Shown here piece by piece: positions 28,973 through 36,881 of a stretch of DNA of 37,448 nucleotides; position 1 is the stretch's first letter, and each line of letters starts with the position of its first letter. The position numbers were made by a program, and so were the translations under genes. The DNA is taken from contig JBFKUL010000001.1 in NCBI GenBank assembly GCA_041635755.1, positions 1 to 37,448 on the forward strand. The letters run 5' to 3'. Under the pieces are notes generated by a model. That model worked only from the letters and a program-made list of their open reading frames with translations, was not told where the DNA came from and did not search any database. This DNA comes from Burkholderiales bacterium. GTDB lineage: Bacteria > Pseudomonadota > Gammaproteobacteria > Burkholderiales > SG8-39.

Positions 28973-29858
28973 CGAGCAACGCCGCAAACAGGGCGGCAAG
29001 ATAGACGATCGAGAAACGGAATGCCTTGTGCGCGACTTGATCGCTGTAGGCGAAACGGATGCGCAGCGCATGCACGAAGAACCAGACGCCGAGCACGCAG
29101 GCCGCGGCAAGGTAAAGCTCCCCGCTCATGCGGATCGCGTAAGGCAGCAGGCTGACGCCGAACAGCACCAGGGTGTAGAGCAGCACCTGCAGTTGCGTAT
29201 ACGCTTTGCCGTGGGTCACCGGCAGCATCGGCAACCCCGCCTTGGCGTAGTCCTCGGTACGGTACAGCGCGAGCGACCAGAAGTGCGGTGGAGTCCAGGC
29301 GAAAATGATCAGGAATAGCAGCATCGCCTCGGTCGTGACTTCGCCCGTGACGGCGGCCCAGCCCAGCACGGGCGGCATGGCGCCCGAGGCGCCGCCGATC
29401 ACGATATTCTGAGGTGTTGCCGGCTTGAGAAGCACCGTATAGATCACCGCGTAGCCGACGAATGTCGCCAATGTCAGCCACATCGTGAGCGCATTGACGA
29501 ACTGCAGCAGCAGCCACAGGCCCGCCCCTCCGACGACACCTGCAAAAACAAGCGTTTGCGCACTGCTCAATGCGCCGCGCGGCAGTGGCCGCCAGCGCGT
29601 TCGCTGCATCACTGCGTCGATCTTCTGCTCGACCAGGCAGTTGACGGCCGCAGCCGCTCCCGCGACGAGCGCAATGCCGAGCGTCCCGGCAAGCAGAATC
29701 TGCGGCGGCACCATGCCTGGCGTCGAGAGGAACATGCCGATGACGGCAGTGAACACAATCAGCGCGACCACGCGCGGCTTGGTCAACGCGTAGAACGCGC
29801 GAGCGCGCGCCGCGAGGTTGCGGGTCAGGCTGGAGGAGGAAAGTCCCGGTGCAAACAC
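28950..29858 (-). CDS. ctaB: Protoheme IX farnesyltransferase (heme O synthase)
   Basis: 302-aa polytopic UbiA-family [25 protein letters not shown] and the overall pattern match CyoE/CtaB. The start is GTG and the gene sits in the oxidase cluster. Confidence 0.9.
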   Translation of the reverse strand: MFAPGLSSSSLTRNLAARARAFYALTKPRVVALIVFTAVIGMFLSTPGMVPPQILLAGTLGIALVAGAAAAVNCLVEQKIDAVMQRTRWRPLPRGALSSAQTLVFAGVVGGAGLWLLLQFVNALTMWLTLATFVGYAVIYTVLLKPATPQNIVIGGASGAMPPVLGWAAVTGEVTTEAMLLFLIIFAWTPPHFWSLALYRTEDYAKAGLPMLPVTHGKAYTQLQVLLYTLVLFGVSLLPYAIRMSGELYLAAACVLGVWFFVHALRIRFAYSDQVAHKAFRFSIVYLAALFAALLVDHYLFV

Positions 29859-29864
29859 TATTCA

Positions 29865-29939
29865 GAGCGGGCGCGATCGCAACCCTTGGAAAGCGCGGCA
29901 GTTTATCATGGCACGCCGCGCCTGGGCGAGCGCCCGCTC
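29865..29939 (-). repeat. Nested inverted repeats filling the Sco-like/ctaB intergenic region (ctaB leader)
   Basis: The outer perfect 10-bp arms are GAGCGGGCGC (29865-29874) and GCGCCCGCTC (29930-29939). The inner perfect 7-bp arms are GCGCGGC (29893-29899) and GCCGCGC (29915-29921). The arm at 29865-29874 sits 7-16 nt upstream of the ctaB GTG. Confidence 0.5.
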
Positions 29940-29958
29940 GGCAACGGCCGAGACGCGA

Positions 29959-30549
29959 TCAGCCGATCTGCGAGTACTTCAGCAGACGCTTCAGATCCTT
30001 GAGCATGCGCGAGGGATCCGGATCGCGGGGAAAGCGCATCATGATGTTGCCCAGCGGATCGACCACGAAGATGTGATCGGCCTGGCTTGTGGCGACGGGA
30101 AACGCTGTCGCGAAACCGGGATCTGCGCTGCGCACGACTTTCGTGCCCTCGAACGCGGCGAGCAGCGCCGCCCTGGGTGTCCCCGCACCGGCGAGGACCC
30201 ACAATCGCTCCACGCGCTCCAAGTCCCTGCCGAGCGCGCGCCGGATCTGCCGCATGTAGTACAGCTTCTTCTCGCAGTAGGCATCGCAGTCGGGCGCATC
30301 GAACTGCACCAGAACCCACTTGCCGCGTAACGACGAGAGCTTGAGCGGCGCGTCGTTCACACGCACAAGGGTTGCGTCCGGAATGCTGCGCGGCTCGACG
30401 AGTTCGCCGTAATTTCCCGACCCGCCGGGTGCCCATTGAAGCTCGTAGGCGAGCCAGGCCGCCGCCATTGGGGAAGCGAAGAACGCCGCGAGCAGCAGCA
30501 GCTTGACGCGGCCGCGCTTGACCGGGTCAGCGGGAAGCAGGCTCATCAT
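29959..30549 (-). CDS. Membrane-anchored Sco-like/thioredoxin-fold protein of the oxidase cluster (divergent)
   Basis: ATG 30549 gives MMSLLPADPVKRGRVKLLLLAAFFASPMAAAWLAY, a single TM anchor. WVLVQFDAPDCDAYCEKKL aligns with the Sco motif [18 protein letters not shown] (CxxxC retained). ADHIFVVDPLG aligns with Sco [14 protein letters not shown] (His retained). It overlaps the SURF1 3' end by 23 nt. Confidence 0.65.
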   Translation of the reverse strand: MMSLLPADPVKRGRVKLLLLAAFFASPMAAAWLAYELQWAPGGSGNYGELVEPRSIPDATLVRVNDAPLKLSSLRGKWVLVQFDAPDCDAYCEKKLYYMRQIRRALGRDLERVERLWVLAGAGTPRAALLAAFEGTKVVRSADPGFATAFPVATSQADHIFVVDPLGNIMMRFPRDPDPSRMLKDLKRLLKYSQIG

Positions 30550-31255
30550 GACGAAAGGAAAGAACCAGAAACAGAACCACGGCGAGCATGGCAAGCGAAT
30601 ACCACTGCAGTGCATACATTTCGTGCTTCTCGACGCCGGCATCCAGACGCGGCCATACGCGCGTCAGATCGTCATCGGCCGCGGAGCGCTGCTCAATGAC
30701 GATCGGTAGCAGCGCGAGGCCGGTGGTGGCTCGATACTCCTCCAGGCGCAGGTTCTGGAGCACGCTGCCCCGAACTTCGTAGCCCGAGGGTTCATAGGCG
30801 CGCGGCAAATGCTCGAGCGCCAGACCCTCGATCCGCTGCATGCCGGTCGGAGTGCGCACATGCGGAATGCTGCTGCGTGGCGCAGGCGCTTCGATCCAGC
30901 CCCGGTTGACGACCACGTGCAATTCACTATGCGCCAGCCGCAGCGGCGTGATGACCTCAAAGCCGGGCCGACCTTGCCGAATTCGGTTGTCCAACAGTAC
31001 CGTGTGCTGCGGCAGAAACTCGCCGCGCGCAGCAACGCGCGTCATCGCGAATTCACTTGCGACAAACTGGCGCGCCGGCAGCTCGCGCGCCGGTCCGGCG
31101 AGCCCCGTCTCGAGACGCGCCGCAAGACCGCGCTTTTCCTCGGCGCGGCCGGACTGCCAATTGCCGAGCGCGACGCCTGCCGCGCTCGCCGCGACGGCAA
31201 GCGCGAACGCCCACACTCTGGGCCGAAAGCTGCGGTTGAGCACTCTGAGCGGCAT
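30527..31255 (-). CDS. SURF1/Shy1-family cytochrome oxidase assembly protein
   Basis: An N-terminal TM segment is followed by LGNWQSGRAEEK. RPGFEVITPL, VNRGWI and a C-terminal TM segment (YALQWYSLAMLAVVLF) are SURF1 hallmarks. ATG 31255 is preferred, with GTG 31267 as the alternative. Confidence 0.88.
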   Translation of the reverse strand: MPLRVLNRSFRPRVWAFALAVAASAAGVALGNWQSGRAEEKRGLAARLETGLAGPARELPARQFVASEFAMTRVAARGEFLPQHTVLLDNRIRQGRPGFEVITPLRLAHSELHVVVNRGWIEAPAPRSSIPHVRTPTGMQRIEGLALEHLPRAYEPSGYEVRGSVLQNLRLEEYRATTGLALLPIVIEQRSAADDDLTRVWPRLDAGVEKHEMYALQWYSLAMLAVVLFLVLSFRHDEPASR

Positions 31256-31296
31256 GCGTTCCTGCACGGTAAAGCGCGCGTTACACTGCGGTCTCG

Positions 31297-31491
31297 ATGC
31301 GCTACGTCGTGATCGTCATTCTCGTGCTGATCGTCGCCAGCCTGGGCTCGGCGCTTGTGTTCCTGGTGCGCGATCGCAGCGAGTCAAACCGCACGATCAA
31401 GGCGCTCGCACTGCGCGTCGGATTATCGATCGCCTTGTTCCTGTTTCTGATGGCCGGCTTCTACTTTGGTTTCCTCCCGGGCCGACTGTAG
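31297..31491 (+). CDS. Twin transmembrane helix small protein (DUF2909-like)
   Basis: The 64-aa product has two hydrophobic helices (VVIVILVLIVASLGSALVFLV and LSIALFLFLMAGFYFGFL) joined by a basic loop. It lies on the opposite strand between ctaE and SURF1, as I recall for Pseudomonas/Burkholderia oxidase clusters. Confidence 0.7.
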   Translation: MRYVVIVILVLIVASLGSALVFLVRDRSESNRTIKALALRVGLSIALFLFLMAGFYFGFLPGRL

Positions 31492-31552
31492 CGCTTGCGG
31501 CAAGACCTAACCAACCACCGGCGGGAAACGCCGCGCCGCGTCGGGACAACGT

Positions 31553-31582
31553 CAAAAAAAATGCCGCATCAGATGCGGCATT
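31553..31582 (-). terminator. Rho-independent terminator downstream of ctaE
   Basis: AATGCCGCAT (31560-31569) pairs perfectly with ATGCGGCATT (31573-31582) around a 3-nt centre. The A8 run at 31554-31561 overlaps the stem by two bases, so on the minus strand the stem runs directly into a poly-T tract. It lies 74 nt after the ctaE stop. Confidence 0.8.
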
Positions 31583-31655
31583 GATACTTCTCCTCCCGGG
31601 CGCACTACGGAGCCAAGAGCCCTCGCGCGCGCTCCTCCTTGTTGTGCGGTTCGCG

Positions 31656-32525
31656 CTACAGCCAATAGACGAAGATGAACAGGCCCAGCCACACCACATC
31701 GACGAAGTGCCAGTACCAGGCCACCGCCTCGAACGCGAAGTGATGATCGGGCTTGAAGTGCCCGCGCAGGCAGCGCACGAGGATCACCATCAGCATGATT
31801 GCGCCGACGGTCACATGAAAGCCGTGAAAGCCTGTCAGCATGAAAAACGTGGAGCCGAACACACCGGTCGTCAGCTTTAGGTTGAGATCCCTGTACGCGT
31901 GGCCGTATTCGTAGGCCTGCACCCCCAGGAAGATGACCCCGAGCAGAACCGTCAAGAACAGGAACACGTTCAACGTAAGGCGCTTGTTCTCCTTGAGCGC
32001 CCAATGCGCGATGGTAACCGTGACGCCCGAGCTCAGCAGCAGCAGCGTATTAATCGCAGGCAGCCCCCATGCGCCCATCGGAGAGAAGCGTTCGGTAAAC
32101 GCCGGGCCCGCCGAAGGCCAGGCTTCCGAAAAGCCGGGCCATACCAGCTCAACCGACTCCAGGTTGGCCAGATCGGGCACCGACAGCACTCGAATGTAGA
32201 ACAGCGCACCGAAGAACGCGGCGAAGAACATCACCTCGGAAAAGATGAACCAGCTCATCCCCCAGCGGAACGAGACGTCCTCCCAACCGCCGTACTTGCC
32301 CGACTCCGATTCGTCGATCACATCGCCGAACCATCGGAACATCATGTACAAGAGGATCACGGAGCCCAGCGCAACCGAGATCCAACCTGCGGAGGCGTCG
32401 TTGAATACGAACACGGCGCCGATTGCCATGAGGAACAGCGCGGTTGAGCCAAAGATCGGCCACGGCATCGGCTGCGGTACGTAGTAGTGACCGCGCTGCG
32501 CTTGGGTGCTTCCGGACTGCGCCAT
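31656..32525 (-). CDS. ctaE: Cytochrome c oxidase subunit III
   Basis: 289-aa 7-TM ORF. HGFHVTVG, FEAVAWYWHFVDVVWL and the C-terminal FIFVYWL are classic subunit III motifs. Confidence 0.94.
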   Translation of the reverse strand: MAQSGSTQAQRGHYYVPQPMPWPIFGSTALFLMAIGAVFVFNDASAGWISVALGSVILLYMMFRWFGDVIDESESGKYGGWEDVSFRWGMSWFIFSEVMFFAAFFGALFYIRVLSVPDLANLESVELVWPGFSEAWPSAGPAFTERFSPMGAWGLPAINTLLLLSSGVTVTIAHWALKENKRLTLNVFLFLTVLLGVIFLGVQAYEYGHAYRDLNLKLTTGVFGSTFFMLTGFHGFHVTVGAIMLMVILVRCLRGHFKPDHHFAFEAVAWYWHFVDVVWLGLFIFVYWL

Positions 32526-32564
32526 TTTCTCCCCCGCCTTCCCTGAATTCCGTTGGTCGTTCGG

Positions 32565-32768
32565 CTAACTTGCCACGACGATGCGCACGATGCTGAGCAG
32601 CGTCAGAATGAACAGTACCGCGCCGATCAATGCCGCGGCGATTACGTGCAACGGCTTGATGCGCACGCTCTCGCGCTCGTGATCCTCGCGCCGGCGCACC
32701 CCGACCAGGCCCGCAACTACCGTCCTGACCACGGCGAGAAACGATGCGTCCTTCATTATGCGTTCCAT
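32565..32768 (-). CDS. DUF2970-like small membrane protein
   Basis: MERIMKDASFLAVVRTVVAGLVGVRRREDHERE...LHVIAAALIGAVLFILTLLSIV: two helices with a basic/acidic loop, as in DUF2970 genes found between ctaG and ctaE. ATG 32768 lies 1 nt after the ctaG stop, with ATG 32756 as the alternative. Confidence 0.7.
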   Translation of the reverse strand: MERIMKDASFLAVVRTVVAGLVGVRRREDHERESVRIKPLHVIAAALIGAVLFILTLLSIVRIVVAS

Positions 32769-32769
32769 T

Positions 32770-33327
32770 TCAGCTCTTTCCGCCCAGGCCCGCGACCTCG
32801 AAGAAGGTGTAGGAGAGCGTGACGGTGCCGATGTCCGCCGGCAGCGCCGGATCGACCAGCAGCACCACCGGCATCGTCCGGCGCTCGCCCGCTGCAAGCG
32901 TCTGCTGCGTGAAGCAGAAGCACTCCAGCTTCCTGAAGTACTGGCCCGCGTGGGTCGGGCCGAAGCTTGGCACCGCCTGCCCGGTCACCGGGTAATCCTT
33001 TTCGTTCACGATCTCGTACTCGATCGTCGTGAGTTCGCCCGGGTGCACCGCGACGTGGCCGGCCAGCGCCCGGAAGCGCCACGGCATGCGATGGGTATTG
33101 GCATCAAGCTCTATGGTCACCGTGCGCGTAGTGTCCACCTGCGTATTGACCGGTACCGCGTCGCGCTGAACCAACGAATTCACGCCGAGCGCGATGCAGA
33201 TCTGCTCGTAGAAGGGCACCAGCGCGTAGCCAAAGCCGAACATGAGCACCGCGACCAGCGACAACCGCGCGAGCAGCCGCTGGTTGTCGCGCTCGCGGGT
33301 GCCTTCGTTGATCCCCGCAGCGCTCAT
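32770..33327 (-). CDS. ctaG: Cytochrome c oxidase assembly protein CtaG/Cox11
   Basis: ATG 33327 lies inside ORF 32770..33774. The product has an N-terminal TM segment, the copper-binding CFCF motif (KLECFCFTQQTL) and TLSYTFF. Length is 185 aa. Confidence 0.92.
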   Translation of the reverse strand: MSAAGINEGTRERDNQRLLARLSLVAVLMFGFGYALVPFYEQICIALGVNSLVQRDAVPVNTQVDTTRTVTIELDANTHRMPWRFRALAGHVAVHPGELTTIEYEIVNEKDYPVTGQAVPSFGPTHAGQYFRKLECFCFTQQTLAAGERRTMPVVLLVDPALPADIGTVTLSYTFFEVAGLGGKS

Positions 33328-33419
33328 CCCCTGAGGACCCAGTACTTGGCGACGATGCCCAGGAACGAGGCGATCGCGATCGAAGCGAGCACCAATGCCG
33401 TCTTGGCGTTCTTGCTCAT
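33324..33419 (-). CDS. 31-aa single-TM micro-protein between ctaD and ctaG (cytochrome oxidase small assembly protein-like)
   Basis: Base-by-base hand translation gives MSKNAKTALVLASIAIASFLGIVAKYWVLRG*. It starts 6 nt after the ctaD stop, and its TGA overlaps the ctaG ATG (ATGA). It is too short for the ORF track. Its composition fits a membrane helix with flanking Lys/Arg residues. Confidence 0.65.
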   Translation of the reverse strand: MSKNAKTALVLASIAIASFLGIVAKYWVLRG

Positions 33420-33425
33420 CGGAGG

Positions 33426-35015
33426 CTACTTCAGCACCGGAGGCGTCTCGAACGAGTGGTAAGGCACCGGCGTCGGCAGGTGGGTCCACTCGAGCGAATC
33501 GGCGCCTTCCCAGGGCAGCTCGGGCGCCTTTTCGCCGCTCCTCAGTGCCTTCAGCACGATGTACAGAAACAGCAGCTGCGACAGGCCGAAGCCGAACGCG
33601 CCGATCGAGGAGATCTTGTTCCACATCTCGAACATCAGCGGGTAGTCCGGCACGCGGCGCGGCATGCCCGCGAGGCCCGAAAAGTGCTGTACGAAGAAGG
33701 TGACGTTGAAGAAGATCATCGTCAGCCAGAAGTGCACCTTGCCAAGGGTCTCGTCGTACATGCGCCCGGTCCACTTCGGAAGCCAGAAGTAGATTCCCGC
33801 GAATGCCGCAAACAGAGCTCCGGCCACCATGACGTAATGGAAGTGCGCGACCACGTAGTAGGTGTCGTGCAGCTGAATGTCGATCGGCACCAGCGACAGC
33901 ACCAGGCCGGTAAATCCGCCCAGTGTGAAAAGGACCAGGAATCCGATCGCGAACAACATCGGCGTCTCAAAAGTGAGCGACCCCTTCCACATGGTGGCGA
34001 CCCAGTTGAACACCTTGACCCCGGTGGGCACCGCGATCAGGGTGGTCGCGTACATGAAGAACAGCTGCCCGGTGACCGGCATGCCGACCGTATACATGTG
34101 ATGCGCCCATACGATGAACGACAGGATGGCGATGGCCGATGTCGCGTAGACCATCGACGCGTAGCCGAACAGCGGCTTGCGCGAGAACGCCGGCAGCACC
34201 TGTGAGACGACGCCAAATGCCGGCAACGCGATGATGTAGACCTCGGGATGGCCGAAGAACCAGAAGATATGCTGGTACAGCACCGGATCGCCGCCGCCCG
34301 CCGCGTTGAAGAACGTGGTGCCGAAGTGCCGGTCGGTGAGCGTCATGGTCACCGCCCCGGCCAGCACCGGCATCGCGGCCACCAGCAGGTACGCGGTGAT
34401 CAGCCAAGTCCAGCAGAATAGCGGCATCCTCATCAACGACATGCCCGGCGCGCGCATGTTGAGAATGGTGGTGATGATGTTGATCGAGCCCATGATCGAA
34501 CTCATCCCCAGCAGGTGGACCGCGAAGATTGTCAGGTCCATGCCGATGCCCATCTGCACCGTCAGCGGGGCGTACATGGTCCAGCCCACCCCCGGCGCGC
34601 CGCCCGGCACGAAGAACGAGATGATCAGCAGCGAGCCGGCGAAAGGCAGCAGCCAGAACGACCAGTTGTTCATCCGCGCAAACGCCATGTCGGGCGCACC
34701 GATTTGCATCGGAATCAGCCAGTTCGCGAAGCCGACGAACGCGGGCATGATTGCACCGAACACCATGATCAGACCGTGCATGGTGGTCATCTGGTTGAAG
34801 AAATCCGGATCGACCACCTGCAGGCCCGGCGAGAACAGCTCCGCACGAATGACCAGCGCCATCACGCCGCCGACCATGAACATGATGAAGCTGAACCACA
34901 GGTAGAGCGTGCCGATATCCTTGTGGTTAGTGGTGGTGATCCAGCGCATCACCCCACCGTAACCGCCCTGGTGGCCATGATCGTCATGCGCGTGGTTGTC
35001 GAGGACTGCGCTCAT
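33426..35015 (-). CDS. ctaD: Cytochrome c oxidase subunit I
   Basis: 529 aa. WFFGHPEVYI, the HHMYTVG-type region (WAHHMYTVGM) and VAHFHYV are heme-copper oxidase subunit I signatures. Confidence 0.96.
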   Translation of the reverse strand: MSAVLDNHAHDDHGHQGGYGGVMRWITTTNHKDIGTLYLWFSFIMFMVGGVMALVIRAELFSPGLQVVDPDFFNQMTTMHGLIMVFGAIMPAFVGFANWLIPMQIGAPDMAFARMNNWSFWLLPFAGSLLIISFFVPGGAPGVGWTMYAPLTVQMGIGMDLTIFAVHLLGMSSIMGSINIITTILNMRAPGMSLMRMPLFCWTWLITAYLLVAAMPVLAGAVTMTLTDRHFGTTFFNAAGGGDPVLYQHIFWFFGHPEVYIIALPAFGVVSQVLPAFSRKPLFGYASMVYATSAIAILSFIVWAHHMYTVGMPVTGQLFFMYATTLIAVPTGVKVFNWVATMWKGSLTFETPMLFAIGFLVLFTLGGFTGLVLSLVPIDIQLHDTYYVVAHFHYVMVAGALFAAFAGIYFWLPKWTGRMYDETLGKVHFWLTMIFFNVTFFVQHFSGLAGMPRRVPDYPLMFEMWNKISSIGAFGFGLSQLLFLYIVLKALRSGEKAPELPWEGADSLEWTHLPTPVPYHSFETPPVLK

Positions 35016-35060
35016 CGGGTATCTCCTGATTCCCTGATTCCGGTGTCTCCGCGCCCGCAG

Positions 35061-36239
35061 TTACTGGCGTAGCGCCTTGACGTCACTAGGCTGAACGGTC
35101 TCGCCCGTCTTGTTGCCCCAGGCGTTTCGCGTATAGGTGATGACCGAGGCAAGCTCTGCATCCGAGAGCTGCTGGCCGAACGCCGTCATGGCGGTGCCAG
35201 GCTTGCCATTCAGCATCAGCTTGATCTGGTCGTTCTTCGGCCCGAGCACGATCTTCGAGCCATCAAGCGCGGGAAATGCGGGCGGCACGCCTTTGCCGCT
35301 CAGCTGGTGGCAGGCGACACAATTGGCCGCGTACACCTTGGCGCCGCGCTGCGTGAGATCGTCCTGCGCGACTGCAGCAACTATGCTTTCGCCGCCGGTC
35401 GCGCTCAGTTTCTTCTTCTGTTCGCTGACCCAGACGGTATAGTCCTCGGGGCTGACCACGCGCACCACGATCGGCATGAAGCCGTGCTCCTTGCCGCACA
35501 GCTCGACGCATGCGCCGCGGAAGGTTCCGAGCGTGTCGGCCTTAAACCACATGTCGCGGATAAATCCGGGCATCGCGTCCTGCTTGGCCCCGAAGGCCGG
35601 GATCCACCAAGAGTGAATGACGTCCGCCGCCGTGGTCAGCACACGCACCTTCTTGCCGATCGGCACCACCATCTCGTTGTCCACCTCGCGCAAGTAGTGA
35701 TCGCCCTTGGGCGCGCGGCCCTCGATCTGGTCGCGCGGCGTGGTGGTGGTGGAGATGAAGCTGATTCCCTCGCCTTCACCCTTGATGTAGTCGTAGCCCC
35801 ACTTCCACTGATAGCCGGTGACCTTGATGGTGATGTCGGGGTTCGTCGTGTCCTTCTGTGCGACGACCGTCTTGGTGACGGGCCAGGCGATGATGATAAG
35901 GATGATCGCCGGGATGACCGTCCAGATGATCTCGACGGTCGTATTTTCGTGGAACTGCTCGGCCTTGTGCCCTCTCGATTTGCGGTGCGCATACACGGAA
36001 TAGAACATGAAGCCGAACACGCCAACGAACAACACGGTCACCAGAATCATGACGTATTCGTGCAGTCCGTGGATGTCATGCGCGATGCTCGACACCGCCG
36101 GCTGAAGGTTCCACTCGAGCGCCGCGGCCATTCCGGGCACTCCCGCGCCGAGCATGAGCGCCGCCCACAACGCCGATTTTGATGGCCGCGCAATCCTGCG
36201 TGCCGACATTTCCACCATCTTCGACCTCTCCCGATTCAT
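35061..36239 (-). CDS. ctaC: Cytochrome c oxidase subunit II with C-terminal cytochrome c domain
   Basis: CuA site DVIHSWWIP...CVELCGKEHGFMP and a C-terminal heme c motif CVACH are present. The start is ambiguous: ATG 36239 has an ATGA overlap with the upstream gene, while ATG 36218 is preceded by GGGAGAGG. Confidence 0.93.
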   Translation of the reverse strand: MNRERSKMVEMSARRIARPSKSALWAALMLGAGVPGMAAALEWNLQPAVSSIAHDIHGLHEYVMILVTVLFVGVFGFMFYSVYAHRKSRGHKAEQFHENTTVEIIWTVIPAIILIIIAWPVTKTVVAQKDTTNPDITIKVTGYQWKWGYDYIKGEGEGISFISTTTTPRDQIEGRAPKGDHYLREVDNEMVVPIGKKVRVLTTAADVIHSWWIPAFGAKQDAMPGFIRDMWFKADTLGTFRGACVELCGKEHGFMPIVVRVVSPEDYTVWVSEQKKKLSATGGESIVAAVAQDDLTQRGAKVYAANCVACHQLSGKGVPPAFPALDGSKIVLGPKNDQIKLMLNGKPGTAMTAFGQQLSDAELASVITYTRNAWGNKTGETVQPSDVKALRQ

Positions 36240-36733
36240 GCCTGCAACCGTTTCGCCAACTCCGCCGCAAGCTCGACGCGCGCTTCCGCATCGAGGTGGC
36301 GACCGATCTCCAATTCCGTCGCGGCATCGCGCAACGCCACGCGCGCGCCATAGCCTTCCTTTCTCTCGAGCCGCACCCGCGCGCGGCGCGGATCCAGCTC
36401 GTAACGCGCCAAGCGCTGCGCGTCCTCGATCTCAATGCTCAACCTGCCGTTCTCGAGATCGATGCGCTCGCAATCCGCCGCGTGCCGCGCAGTCACCGCG
36501 AAGGCGGCGCCGAGCAGCAGCACCTCGAGGCCGGCAAACGGCAGGATCATCCACGCGCCGAGCGCGGCGAACGCCGATGCGATGCCCACGCTAGCCAAAG
36601 CGAGCATCGCGAATACCTTCATCAGTCCGGCCGGGGAAATCGAGCAGTTGCGTCGCAACAGCAGCCGAAATCCGCTCGCCCTGTCCTCAAACCGAAGCTC
36701 GCGCCGCGGGATGTCGCTGATGACCGTGCCCAA
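36236..36733 (-). CDS. DUF2244-like integral membrane protein (oxidase-associated)
   Basis: 165 aa. RRNCSISPAGLMKVFAMLALASVGIASAFAALGAWMILPFAGLEVLLLGAAF forms two TM helices, followed by a soluble tail. It is translationally coupled to ctaC and starts at TTG. Confidence 0.65.
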   Translation of the reverse strand: MGTVISDIPRRELRFEDRASGFRLLLRRNCSISPAGLMKVFAMLALASVGIASAFAALGAWMILPFAGLEVLLLGAAFAVTARHAADCERIDLENGRLSIEIEDAQRLARYELDPRRARVRLERKEGYGARVALRDAATELEIGRHLDAEARVELAAELAKRLQA

Positions 36734-36881
36734 GGAATTGTCTCGCGCTGAACGGATTCACGGCGCCCTTAGCATCCCGCGCCTCGGAAGCCGGAAAAAG
36801 CCCGGCTAAGTTACCATAAGCGCGCGGCCTTCTCAATCGAGAAAGCCGAGGTAAATCCATAGGTTCGCGCTTTTGAAGCCC

